64,000 nucleotides of DNA from assembly GCA_047495785.1 (NCBI GenBank), contig JBLDXI010000013.1, forward strand, positions 2,790,001-2,854,000, given 5' to 3'. A program made the translations under genes and the position numbers. The stretch comes from Lepidodermella squamata. Its lineage: Eukaryota; Animalia; Gastrotricha. The number at the start of each line of letters is the position of its first letter. Position 1 is the first letter of the stretch. Under the pieces are notes generated by a model. The model was not told the DNA's origin and made no database searches. It saw only the letters and a list, made by a program, of their open reading frames with translations. This document shows positions 1-13,610 of the stretch, piece by piece.

Positions 1-3000
1 CATTCGCATGCGGCACATCAGCGGAAGGCGGATCGCCACAAGACAACTCTAAAATTTACCAAAAAATCGCTAAAATAGTCAAACAAATAAAATTTGACGG
101 CCAACTTTTGCATTGGAAATCTGCTGCTGACCAAATGCCGTTGGTTCCGCAAATGATTGTGTCATTGCCAACGATCATGTAGTCTTGTAAGCAAACATAT
201 CGAATCGCATCGCCGGGCTTCGAGGGTTCGCTTGACATTGAATACGTCGAGAAAACCATAACTGAATGCTGGGGCACCGACGGCATACCGCAGGTGTGAG
301 CTGTAAGCATTCGGCAAAAATTCATTAGAAAATAAGTTTAGATTTTTGTTGAAGAGATTCGACGGCCGATTTGTGTTCCAACCCTTGTTTTGCTGAAAAA
401 AAACTCCTGCTGTACCTTGATTTTGAATTATTTAGAATCTAACTTTGAGATACACCGCGTATCAAAATGCCATTTCGTTTGTCTCAATATCTTCGACCAT
501 TTTTTTATACACATTTTTTTACAACGACGAGTTACGGAATTTTTTTCAGATGAGCGTTTTCACGGAATCGTTTTACATAGGAGTTTAGCATAGTTAGTAT
601 GAATAGGTAAGTTATACACATTATTTACAATCCATCGCTGTACACAACATAATCGATTGTCGGAAAGAATCGCCACCATATTGACGCAGGAAAAAAAAAT
701 GACGAAATAATGAATGAATGAAAATTGAGCCGATGTTGCAAAAAATATGAGGCGCGGCGGGTATAATTTTTACCTGGAACGTTTTCATCCTCTACAAAAC
801 AATTCGAAGAAATTAAATTGCGTAAAATTGAGACCTCTTGTTCTGCGTTACAACATCAGAAATTGAAGTATAAAATGATGAGCAAATGAGTTTTGCGGCG
901 GCAAAAACTTTGATGCATGAATCTTTCCTCCATTTTTTGTAATTTAAATTAAAATGACACGTTTACGAAAGATGCTCCCGTTTTGCGCCAGAAATAGGCG
1001 GTCAGATTGTCAACGAAAAAAACACTCCTAAATCTACGAAAAACAGAACTGAAAATTTGGTTAATATTCATCAAGTTGCGTCCGGTAAGCACTCGGGCAC
1101 GGGCATCGACCAGCGGCCCGATGATTGGCAGGTGATAGCGTCCTCAGGTCCGGTTATCGAATAGCCGGGGAAGCAGCGGTAGATCGCCTGAGATCCAACG
1201 ATAAAGCCCTGAACTTCAACGACGCCGTTTTGAATCTGCGGCGGTTCAACGCAGTCAGCAGCTATAAATCGACGAAGAAATACAAAATAGTTGAAATTAT
1301 CTCAGAATAAGTCGCGTCAATCTCAGCAACAAAAATGTAAAAGCAAAGTTGTAAGGAACAAATTAGAAATAAAATGAAGAGAAAAATCGCGAGCCTAAAC
1401 TCTATAAAAATTAGATTTGATCTGGAATCCTTCCAACAAATTTCCCATCCATAAAAAATCGATAACTGATAACTCTTTGAAATAAAAATAAGGGAAAAAC
1501 TAATAAATTCACACACAGACACTCGGAAACATAATATCCTATCACCAAGGAAAATTTACCTTGTTCCAAATCTGAAAGGCCTGGTATAAAATTGAAAGAT
1601 TTTAATTGAGTGCTTTCTTGATTCGCGGAATTTTCTCTTCAATTTTTATTTCATTCTTTGCTAAATATTATTTCGCATACCGACGCAGGACGGAATGGCA
1701 GACCAGGCGCCGTTCTGCCCGCAGGTTATGGTCGGGTCTCCCAGCATTTGATACCGAGGTTTACACCGATAAGTAGCCGACGATCCGAACGAGTAGCCAG
1801 TCAGGCGTAAAATTTCCGCATTGGAAACGGCTGGCGGGCCGTAGCAGACAACCTCGCGGCAAACGGGCGGTTCGCTCCACGAGCCAGACGGGCTGCAACT
1901 GACAACCGGGTTGCCGATGATGCGGTAGCCGGACTGGCACGTGTACGTCGCCAAAGCGCCGACAACTGTGCTGCTGTACGCCACGTCCGAGTTGGAAACC
2001 GGCGGCGGGGGTGTGCAGCCACCGTTGTTCAGGCCGACGCAAAGCGGCGCATCGGACCAGCTTCCGTCTCGCAGACAAGTAACAATGTTGGAACCGCTCA
2101 TTTGATAACCGATGCGGCAGCGGTACTCGGCGTAGTCGCCTGGACTTTGGCCACTCAATCGCATGATATCGCCATTCGAGACCATTGGAGGTTCGGGACA
2201 TGTAGACGCTTAAATACCGAAAAATTATTAAAAAAAATCGCATCAGAATAAATTACAGCGAATCGAATTTCAGAATTGTCGAACTCAACATTTAAAATCA
2301 CAATTTGCTGCGTTGTAGTACAGAAAATCGTTTTATGATGATTTTTTGTATTATTTTGAAATGTAATTAATTAATATTAATATTCCAAATTCCTAATTAA
2401 TTAATAAATTAAATTTATAAATTATTTTTGAAAAAAATTAAATATTTACAATTTTAGTAATGAGTTTGGTGAAATTCGACCCGAAAATTTATTTTGACCT
2501 ACGTTTGCACGCAAAATTTGGCAATGTCCAAGTTCCATTTTGCTGGCAGGTCGAAGTAGGATCACCGAAACCCGTAGTACCACTGATGCAGCTGTAAACT
2601 ATTCGAACGCCCACATTTCGCTCGGCCGGCATATCAGCACTCGCGTTGGCAACAAGTGGAGGTAGGCCACACTGAATTGCTGAAAAATCATTGGCTTTAG
2701 GGCTCATTGAAACAGTAAAAAAGTAGGTAAAATAACTCACATTTGCAACTCGGCAGAGTTGTAGTCCAAGTTCCACTCTCCGTGCATATAATCATCTGAG
2801 GGCCATCGATTTGGAACCCGTCCAAGCAAATGTAAGTCGCGACAGCGCCCACTTTCGGCGGATCTTGATGCATAGCTATAACGCCGTTAGGAATGAGCGG
2901 CGGCTGATTGCACGTGACCTCCTGGCATTTCGGCGTAACATCAGGCGACCACGACCCCGTTGGTTGGCAAGTCAATACCGCTGGACCCGTGAGGTTGAAG

Positions 3001-6000
3001 CCGCGGTTACAGCGATACTGAGCTCGGCCGCCAACTTGGGACGTATCGTAGACAACACGCCCGTTCTCAATGGGCGGAGGCATTGTGCACAAAACACCTT
3101 CACAAGACGGAAATTCCTCCCAACGCCCGTCTGGCAAGCATGTGACCACTTGTTTCCCCTTCACCTTAAACCCGTTGTCGCAGCTGATTTGAATCGTAGA
3201 GCCGACACGGAACGCCCCTGTTGCCTTGACGAATCCATTTTCGACTTTAGGCGGGCTAACGCAACGAATTTCGACGCATTGCGGAACAGGGTCTGACCAT
3301 TGACCTGATTCTAGACAACGAGTCTCGCTCTGGCCATCGAGTTTATAGCCGTCGTCGCAGGTGAAGCGTAACGACTCGCCTTTGATAGGCTCTGTCATCG
3401 ACCGTGACGGATCGGCAATTCGAACGTATTTGCCGTTTTGCGGCTTTTGGGGCAGGGGGCAAGTGTTGCGCATGCAGGTTCCAAGCGGCACTGACCATTG
3501 GCCGTTGTTGAGGCAAACTGTTGCGTTGGCACCTGACGGGCGGTAACCCAGTTGGCAGACGAGTCGGATATGGGTTCCTGGTAGGTATGATGTGATATCG
3601 TCGCGTAATGAGCGAATCGATCGAGCTTGGATGAAATGAGTCGACCGGCCGGGTTCCATAGGACTAGTTAGGGAAACCAAGGTGGTTAGAGCGCCATTTG
3701 AGATCGCGGGCTTCTCGCAAGTGACAGCTGAAAATTATCAATAAAATTTTACAATTGCTTCCATCATGAAACCCTCAAGTGCATCTTAAATTTATTCAAA
3801 TCAATTAATTGCTGTTTTTATTAATGTGGTCGAAACTCAGGTTTTAAGAACCTACTAGACGAGCGAACAGCTGTTGATTTAGAGACTGATTTCCATAAAA
3901 ATCGCCGTAGAAAATTTTCTGGGAAATACTTACGGACGCAATGAGGGACCGGATGATTCCAGCGACCAGAGGCTTCGCACGTTAGCGTCGTATAAGTTTT
4001 GTCGGGCCTGTAACCAGGGTCGCAAATTACATCGACACTAGTGCCAACTTGAGGCTGATTCCCGTTTCCGATGATCTGGCCATTCTGCAAGCCGATAATA
4101 GGCGGACAAGCTGGAAAAACAGTTCAAGCCCAAGTAAAATGCTTGATTGGAAAACTTACCAACACAGGCCGGCATTTGCGACCATGTACCATCTTCAGTG
4201 CACGTAGCGATGGAAGACCCGTTAAGCTGGTAGCCATTATTACAGAAATACTGCACAACGGATTTCAATGGGAAACCAAGAGTTTTGTTTGGTAGCGCAA
4301 AACCGTTAGGCAAAGTTGGCATCGGGCAGATTGGAACTATAAACAATTAAATTGACCTTAAATGCGTATATTTTAGCCGGGTTCAACTTACTAGGCATGC
4401 AACGGCCGAGTTGGCCCGACCATGTGCCATTCTTTTGGCAAAGCAATTGAAGATCACCTTCAACTAGCTCAAAGCCGGACAGGCATTGGAACGAAGCGAC
4501 GGTATTGGGGGTGACTGGCCGAGCGCTATAACGAATAATTCCATCTCGGAATACGCCAACATCAGGGCAAATGATATCTTCAAATGAATAATTCAGTCAA
4601 ACGCTAAAAAGTATAGGTAACTGGGAAATTTACATTGGCAGGATGGCACATTGTCCCACGTGAGATCAGACTTGCAAATCGCCTTCGACTCGCCAACCAG
4701 GGTGTAATCGTTGTTACACACCCAAGTCGCAGTATCACCAACAGACAAACCGGTATAGCTTGATCGGCCGTTTTCGATAGCTGGAGGTGGCTGGCAAGAT
4801 ACCGCTAAATACAAAACAAATGAATCTCTTATCTTTCATTTTTTTCTTAGCTTACAAAGACAAATCGGTGCATCGCTCCATTTCCCATTCGGACCGCAAA
4901 CAGCCTGTTCTGGGCCAACCATTTTGAAGCCGGGTTGGCAAGAATAGGTGGCGTAGCTTCCAACAGTGCGCCCAGTCACATTGACGGTTGCAAATTGAAC
5001 ATTAATCGGATTTTCGTCGCAAATTGTCACTGTTAAAAATCAAAATATCGATTAAAAAATCACGTAGGAACAGTCAGCTTAAACGCGGAACACAAAACAA
5101 GGAAAACCATCGATTTTAGTACAATACAAGAGAATTCACAATTTTCGTTTCGTCAATATTCAGCAACTATTTTGCAGTTAATTCCTCGAAAAATCACGCC
5201 ATTTGGCACAACATTCAACTTACATGGGTCGGCAGCTAAATTTTGTTATGAGTAAGAAAATCCCAAAGTAGAGAAAATCAAGAAAAACCCAAAATTCTTC
5301 CTCCCATTTCGAATTTATGTAGATATGTCCATGGTATAAGATTAACTCACATTGGCATCGAGGTGGATCTGCCGGGGTCCAGCTTCCATTTGAGCTGCAC
5401 ATCAATTTCGCCTTGTTGCGATCTTGCAGCATGAAACCAGATCGGCAGCTGTACGTCGCGATTCCGCCCGGGTTGCTAGACGTGAATCGTACTTGACCGT
5501 TTTCTGTCGCCGGCGGCCGGCCGCAGTTGACTTGCTCGCAAACAGGCGAGGCACTCCACAGCTTTGCTTTGCAAACGACTCGTTTAGGCGAGTTCATCGC
5601 AAACGTGAAACCGGCCACGCATCGATACGTTACTTCAGAGTTCTCCTGGTACAATTTTCCAGCGTCAACTGATGGGTCGATGATAGCGTTATCAACTTGA
5701 GGCGGCGGTGGGCAGGTCATTTCTGCGATATTTGAAATTTCCAGTTAAAATCAGCGATAAGGTCGAGAATAGCCAAAAGCCGGAACAACATAAAACAGCT
5801 GGGTGCGGAGCCAACATCTTGTGATCAGCTACTAGATTCCATTGCAGCAGAAAACGAAACGTCGAAAAGCGCAGAAACGAAAAAGTTACCAACAAAAACG
5901 TGCACGTAAGAAACATTAAGGTGGAGTTTTTGATGAAAAGCATAATTAATTGTAATATAATATAAACCTTCGCAGAACGGTAATTCCGACCAATTGCCAT

Positions 6001-9000
6001 TTGGCAGGCAAGAAATGGTCGCCGGACCACGCAATAGATAACCGTCGTTACAATCGAAGCGAACTCGATCGCCGACGGTAAATTGCTGGTCTGAAACCAG
6101 TTTGTTAACCGATGACTCGGAGGTTACTACCGAGGCAGCTGCAAACGGTATCGGAGTGGGTACCGGGCAACTTATACCTGTTGCGCCACATGATATAATC
6201 GGGGAGGGAAAAAACAACAACACGGTTAAACACGTTATATAGATACGTATGAAAACACTCGTGAATGGCATTTTGTTACGCGGTGTAGGGTTGGAACACA
6301 AAAAAGCGGTTGGAACACAAAATTGTAACAACAAAATTAAAACCGAAGCAGGTATATTCCGAAGCTTTTACGATTGGGAACTTACGTCGGCAGCGAGGCA
6401 TTTCAGTCCATTCGCCAGATGCCATGCATTGAACAACAGCTCGGCCCTCCAAAACATATCCGCTATCGCAACTAATAGCAAAAAACACAGCATTTTTCAT
6501 CAATTCATACTAGGTAAGACTTACGCAAGGTCGAAGAATTCATTGATTTTAGCATTTGTATCAAAGCTCTTGAACACAACTCTGCTGTTAGCTGGCAATG
6601 GTGGCAAAGTACCGCAAGAAATCGCTGTTAAAATCGAAAAAATGATCGAAACCTCATTGCACTTAAATAAAATTACGCTGGCAATCAGGCAGTTGCGTCC
6701 ATAGCCCGTTGGACTGACACGTCACGATGGTGCTAGTTAGAGCTCGGAAGCCAGGGTTACAGGCGTAGACAACATAATCGCCGAATTTCGACTCAGTTTC
6801 AGTGAAACTTCGATTTGCGATAATCGCATTCAGAGGAGCAGGTGAAACAGCCCCACAGCCAATCTCTGAAAAATGGTTTGATGAAAAATGATTTCAGAAG
6901 TTGGCAAAACACTCACTTTGACACACTGGAAGGGCCGACCACGTTCCGTCGTCCTTACAATAAGCCGTCCTGAAGCCGATGACTTCAAAACCGGCGGAAC
7001 AGTCGAAAGTCACGGCGTCACCGCGACGAGGCTGAGCACTGTATGTTCGATAAGTGATCGTAGCGTGTTCCACCGATGGCGGCATATCACAAAGGACAAC
7101 CTCTGCAGATTTAAATTAGTGTAAAAAAAACGTAAAAATTTGGATAAAATATCTCACTTTCACAGGCTGGGAGCGTCGACCAAGTTCCGTCGACTTTGCA
7201 CACGACTAGAGGATTGCCCCGCAACTCGGCACCGTCCAGACAACGGAAGGTAGCCGTATCACCTTTACGGGGTTTGCCTTGCCAAGTTTTATCAATAAGC
7301 TGTCCGTTAGGTACATCATCCAAAATCGGGCAAGTTGTTTCTCCTGAAATTCAATCAAAATTATGAACTTGAAATAATGACTGATTTTTTGACCTACTTA
7401 GACAATTAGGAGATTTAGACCAAGTTCCGTTATCCCCGCAAACGATGGTAACACTGTCTTCGGTGACGAATCCAGATCTGCACTGGAAAACGACGAAATC
7501 GCCCTTGCGCGGCTGGGTTCCGTCGTTGAACGATTTTTGAACAATCTCAGCGTTAGGAATAGCTGCTGGGTTACTGCATGAGTTGCCTCGTGGGTTGCCA
7601 ATGCAAACCGGAGGTGAAGTCCACGAATTGTCAGACCGGCACAGCATGTAATTGACCCCGCCTGATAGCGTGTAGTTCGTATTGCATTCGACAATGACGC
7701 TGTCGCCAGGTAGAGGCGGGCGGCCGCTGTAAGAAGCGCCTTTAAGGCGGCCATTTGGCACCATTGGCGGGTCTTGGCAAGCCCTGGCGCATTTCGGTGG
7801 CGTAGACCATGAACCATCGGCAAGACATACAACAGTTTCATTTCCAATCATCAAAAAGCCAGTGTTGCACCTACAGAATATTTTAAGATTTTTTTCAAAA
7901 ATTCACAGAATGTTTTACCTGAATTTCAGGAAATCTCCAGCTTGAGGATTCGCTTGGAAGGTAGCGCCAACTTGGACAGCATTTTCAACGACAGGAGTTC
8001 GGCCGCAAAGTGGAGCCTTTTCGCTTGGACTGCACACTGGGGATTGAGACCATTCACCAGACGCCAAACAATAAACTATAAAAAAGAAATTTCAGATAAA
8101 TTTAAACCATGATTTTCAAATTTTTACCTGTATTTCCTCCAACGAGTTCAAAACCGGCCATGCAAGAAACTTGCGCTGAATCTCCAGGCTTGAAGTTCGA
8201 TGGCCCATTCGGCGACGGCAAAAAGATCCCATTCGCAATAGACGGCGGTTGGCCGCAGGTCTGAATCATTTGGCAAAACGGAAGAGACGACCAGCGAAGG
8301 TTCGACTGGCACGTGACTCGCGACATGCCGATGAGGGTGAAGCCCGACGAGCAGGTGTAGTCGACGTAGTCGCCAGGCTGCGGCGAAGTCCCAACTCTAA
8401 ACCCTGGAATTTGAGCAGCATTTGCGACAGCAGGAGGCTGCGAGCAGGCTCGGTTTTGCCGGGCAATGACTGGCTCGGGCGTGTACTCGTACGTTGTCTC
8501 TTCTTGGGTCATAGTCGTAGTGACCGGGCGAACGACCCGTCGCGTTGGCAAAGGTATCGGTGTAGTCCTCTGAGCTGGCGCTGCAGTCGACATACAGGTC
8601 GGGCTAAGCGACCAAGTGCCGTCTGACTGGCAAACGACCCGGTTATTCCCGATCAGGGTGTAGCCGGGTAGGCAACGGAATCGGACGAAATCACCCGGTC
8701 GGGCTGCCATCCAGTACGAAGTCAACTCGCGAATTGCATAGGATGGGCTTGGCAGGTCGTCACAGACCGGCTGTGACGTAATTGTTGTAGTCGACGTTGA
8801 CCTGGTAGTGGGCCTGGTCGTCGTTGTAGTCGTCCTGGTTGTAGTCGGGCGAGTTGTCGTGGTGGTTGTTGTTGTGGTCGTAGTCGTAGTCGTAGTCGGT
8901 CTAGTCGTCGGTCTAGTCCGAGTTGTAGTTTCCGGCTCCTCCCAGGTCGTCTCCCACGGCTCCTCAGTCGTAGTCGTCGTAGTCGGGGTCGTTGTAGTGC

Positions 9001-11763
9001 GACGTTGCGTTGTCGTAGTCGTCGTCGTTCTTGGGGTAGTAGTCGTCTCGGTCGTTACAATCGGGGCACATCTTGGTTTCGTCGTCCAACGGCCCGATGT
9101 TAGACAGTACGCGTTTTTATTTCCAACCAATTGATAACCGAGGAGGCACGCGAATGACACAAAATCACCGGCTTCGAACGTTCCGTCGTCGTTACTAGCT
9201 GATGACGTGGCGACGTAGCCGTTGTCAATCGACGGCGCCCTCGAGCAACCCGAAGCCGTGGCCTCCTGAGCAACACAACGAGGTGATGTCGACCAGGTGT
9301 AGTCGTCGCGACATCTTATCCTCGCCTGCCCGTCGAGAACGAAGCCGTCTAAACACTTGTACTCGACAATATCACCCGGTCTAGCCCGGCCCAGGTAGAA
9401 AACAGACATCCGCCCGTTATCAATTTCAGCCGCAGCGGGGCAATAGCGTTGCCCTTGTGTGGTCGGGGTAGGCACGGTCCTTGTCGTTCTTTGCTCCTGA
9501 GTTACCCTTTCTGTTGTCGGAACTCCTGATGGGTTGCATTGAAAGTTGGGGTCGACCGCCCATCTCCTAGTTGGGGTGCAAACTGCACGACCACTGGATG
9601 CAGTAGGTTCGAATCCATCGACGCAATGGTACTCGAAAACGTCTCCGGTCCTCGCGACACCGTCGTAGTATTTTACTACAACAGTGTTGGGAAGAGGTGG
9701 CGGGGCGACGCAGCCGATTTCGTCGGTAGTTGACGCAGATGGTGTCGTAGCGGCAGTTTGATCAGCGCGACATACCGGCGGATCGGGAGTCCAAACGCCG
9801 TTTTCTGTGCAAATCAAAGTCGCTGGGCCGTCTAGCAAGTACCGGTAGAAGCACTGGTAAGTGACGTAGTCGTCTTGGCGAGGTGTTTCTCCGGCGCCAA
9901 ACGACGTTATTTGCCTCGAATTCGGCACTCTTGGCGGATCGGGGCAAACTGCCAAATTACCTGGTGCTGAAAAAAATATTAAAATAATATTAAAATCCAC
10001 AAAAACATTAAGTAAATTAAGCAATTTAACATGCAGTTATAAAGCGATCATGCAATTAATTCTGATTAAAATTGTCGAATTAGGTGGTACCGATAACCAT
10101 GTCGATAATCAAGTGCGTGTTTTTTCTCGTAATAGGCAAACCTTCTTCGAAAAATATCTGTGTCGACTGCACGTCGTCAAGGCCAAACAACGCAGGTTCA
10201 TTACTACTAGAAGCAACCCTAGCAGCTGGCATAGCATCCAGCAGCTGGTTTTCCATCAAGCCAGCAGTATAATCCACATCTTTTCAAAGATGAAGAATTT
10301 GGAAAATGAACAAAAAAAAACAAAATAAAGTGCGATTCAAAACAAAAACGGTGCAAAAAACGAAACGATTTTTGTGTTAGTATTGAATTAGTAAAAACTT
10401 ACGTCTACACCGCGGTATGGTAGACCAAGCTCCACTCGGCTGGCAAATCACGGTTGCGGTTCCGACTAGCGTGAATTCAGGTTTGCATTTGAAAGTTGCG
10501 GTTCCGTTGCCAACTGATACCACTTCGCCGTTTTTCGGCGCCTCGGGGCGAGAGCAATTCGAATCTAAAATTTCGAGAATTGAATTAAGAATATTAAGGC
10601 TTTAACATTTCGATTTTTACTCGACGCGATGCAAGTCGGCATATCGGTCCAGGCACCACTTGGCATGCAGACGATGGTGTTGTTTCCAAGCATATGAAAG
10701 CCTGGTGTGCAGGTGTATTGGACCCGGTCGCCGGGGAAAGCGTCCTGATGTACGCTGTACGAAGCCCATGCCGCGTATGCATTCGCCAACAAAAGTTGGG
10801 CCTTTCCGCAAGTAGGCAACGGTGAGGATTGCGGGGCTAATTTGATAAAAATAGCAAGCAGTGAGAATATAGTTTTGCAATGTTCATCTAAGGTGCATTA
10901 CTACGTTTTCTAGATGGTAACTTACCAGACTTGGTGACGCATTTAGGCGGAGAATGCGACCATTTCCGCCCGCTTTGACAGTCCAACCGATCGACGCCGC
11001 GAAGTACGAAACCAGAGGCGCAGTCGAAAACGATGTAGTCACCAATGCGAGAAAATGGCCCGACTAATGTAGTCTCTTTAATAAAGCCGTTGTCAACTCG
11101 CGGCATTGGTCCACAACCCTCAGGTGGGGTGTGACTCGCGGTTTTCGTTTCCAGTTTGATTTCATTTGTTCCGCCGCTTCCGAGGCAGGCCGGTACGTCA
11201 GACCACCGACCTTCGTTTGAGCACATAATTGTATCATCACCTTCCAGAAGAAAGCCGGCGAAGCACTGGTATTGGACCCGTGCTCTTAACGGGACTCCGG
11301 ACAAGAAATAATTCCATTTTGCATTCGGAATGGCTGGGGGCTATTTAAATAGTACAAACAAGGATTAGAGATGGGCAATAAAATATACAACTCTCAAAAG
11401 TAATTTAATCTAGGTCAAAACTTGCAAAATGTAGGTCAAGTCAATACTCACCGGTCCACATTTGCCATAAGGCGCCGGTACTCTCTGAGAGCCAGGGCCT
11501 CGCGACATCCATTTCGAGGGCCATTTAATAGCTGGCTTCCCTCGCATTTTGTTCTGGGTTGATGACATCAAACCAGCCGGCGGTGTCGCAGTTCGATTCG
11601 CCAACGCAGGCTTTTCAGTTATTGTCGCGTTGAGGGTGATGAGAGTCGGGGCGGACGAAGGCAACGACGTCTCGGCCACAGTTTCGTTACTCGAATTCGA
11701 AATCGATGCGGAAGCGATGGGTAGAAAAACGAGGATAATAGCGATTGCACAAGCGTGAAACAT
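1..11763 (-). CDS. Giant secreted Sushi/CCP (SCR) repeat protein, about 36-38 modules, multi-exon, continues beyond left edge
   Basis: ATG at 11763 gives the signal peptide MFHACAIAIILVFLPIASA. Successive exons with GT-AG boundaries (e.g. 11763-11452, 11340-10926, 10836-10621, 10564-10403, then from 9966) encode repeated C-x-x-P...Y/F-x-C-x-x-G-Y/F...C...G-x-W...P-x-C modules. Module count is by eye. Further CCP exons lie at 300-106 and 48-1. Confidence 0.9.
1071..1261 (-). CDS. Stop-containing CCP exon (candidate alternative terminal exon), not in ORF track
   Basis: Acceptor TTTATAG, then ADCVEPPQIQNGVVEVQGFIVGSQAIYRCFPGYSITGPEDAITCQSSGRWSMPVPECLPDAT-TGA. No GT donor after the last Cys. Confidence 0.8.
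8775..9060 (-). repeat. Thr/Pro/Arg-rich mucin-like low-complexity coding repeat
   Basis: ACN-codon-rich tract encoding TTETTTTPRTTTTTTTQRRTTTTP...TTTRPTTRSTSTTT between CCP modules. Confidence 0.9.
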
Positions 11764-13594
11764 GCGGTTTAACCGCGGTCTTTGACGGCGGCTGTGGCAG
11801 CTAAGGCACAGCTCGACCGCCGGGCGAAGGCTGCCGAAGCCTCCTTCCGCCCACGTCGATAATCCCATAAAAGCCGATCGTTATATAATATTTCTAGAAA
11901 AATGTGAAGGAAAACGTTATTTCACCGACTTGTCAAAATTTTGTGATGCGCCGCACTCCGAGGGCATTTAGCGGTGTAACCAATAACAATAATATTGCGC
12001 TTGGGCTCGTGCGCGCACGCGCTTGTGCCGGAACGTTTGCCTCACCAGGGCGCCATGTGAGGCGTGCGTTGTCAGGCGTTTTGTTGCTAACCAAAACAAA
12101 CGCGACACTGCGCAACGTGCGCTTGGTTGTTGTATTAATAGAACAATAAATAAGAAGAAGACAGAGCAATTAGTGGTCAATTATGGCCATCTTGAAGCAT
12201 CTTCTTCAAGTTCACGCTGAGAAAAAACGTTGCAAATCACTGAAGGAGTTCGGCGTTACGCGTCCGTCAAAATCTGGGTGATACGTCACGCAGCGCAAAA
12301 ATTGTACCCGGCTATTAACAAAATTGCTGTCGATGTAATTAAATGGCTATTGTTTGAAAACAAAATGCGAAGTCGTATAAGCTGCGCGCGGTCGAGCGTG
12401 TCATTTTCCTTTCGAGAGGCGACGCTCGAGGCACCGCGCCAGGCGACGGGCGTCGTCAACAAAAATCGACAAGCGACGCGCGAAATTGTTGACCGCAAAA
12501 ATTGCAACGTTACAGCAACAGCGGCAACAACGGCGGAAAAATTAAAAATATAAATAAATACCCTATGTTGTAGGCAAATTGTATATCTTAGACGTCAATT
12601 TTCATCCGGCGCAAAACAATGAACAAAAATGTAGGTAATATGACCAAAAAGATAAACATTACGTTCTGTTCCAATTACTTATTTCGCTGCGTGCTCTCGG
12701 CCAGATTAATTGGCTTTAAGGCGACATTAAGACTCCTTTGCATAACAATGCAGTCTGTGCGCGCCTGTCGCCTGGAGTCTGCGATGGCCGCCGAGCAGCG
12801 CTTTTTACGTTGCACACATTTTGTTGTTCACGCTGCAGTGCTCACGGCACAACAGCACGCGCGTTATTTTGCGTGAAAAAAAGCGCGCAGCTTATAAGCG
12901 CTCTTGAGCTCAGCTTGCTATCTTGCACGACATACTTGTTTCGAACGCCCAAAACAGATTGTAAAGCGAGAGCAAAACACGAGTCCGAAAGTAGCGTTAT
13001 AAATTAAAAAAAATACTTGTTAGCAATGAATTTTTCTCCTGCATTTTACTAATTTTCAGAGAATAATAAAAATAGCAAGCCAATAGCCGAATATAGACAA
13101 AAATTGGCGGAAGCTGTGAAAGCTATCCTTTTTAAATGACTAAAAACAAGAACATTTTTGAGGCGTTCGCGTGACAAAGCGGCATCTATAGAGTTTGGCG
13201 AGGTGCAGAGTATGCTGGTCAGGAACCGCGGCCGGTGTTAACCTAATAAAAATTTTATTTCAAAATGTCGCGTCGAGTCGAGCCCGGCGACAAGTTCGCG
13301 GCTAATAATAACAACAAATAGGCCGTCGCTTCGTCATCATCAGGTGCGACGAAACGAGCAATCATTGTCGTGTATGTTTTTGATCCGCGTGTACAGGCCT
13401 AATGTGTAATGATTATCGCGGCATAATCTTGTTTGCAATTATTGCCTATTCGTTTTCGGGACCCCAGCTGCCTAATCATAACACGGGAAGGGCGAACGTA
13501 ATAAACAATGCGCATCGCAACGAAAAACAACACGGCTAAAGAGTGACCATTGTTTTTAAACAAGTGCCGCCTTCACGTGGCGCCAGGCCAAAGA

Positions 13595-13610
13595 CGCGCG
13601 CGCGCGCGCG
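13595..13610. repeat. (CG)8 dinucleotide run
   Basis: Direct read cgcgcgcgcgcgcgcg in the divergent intergenic region. Confidence 0.9.

Noticed and set aside
8808-9134. Plus-strand poly-Val ORF
   Set aside because: Antisense shadow of the Thr-rich repeat in the Sushi gene.
11904-13007. Short ORFs in the divergent spacer
   Set aside because: No homology cues or splice pattern; probably non-coding.
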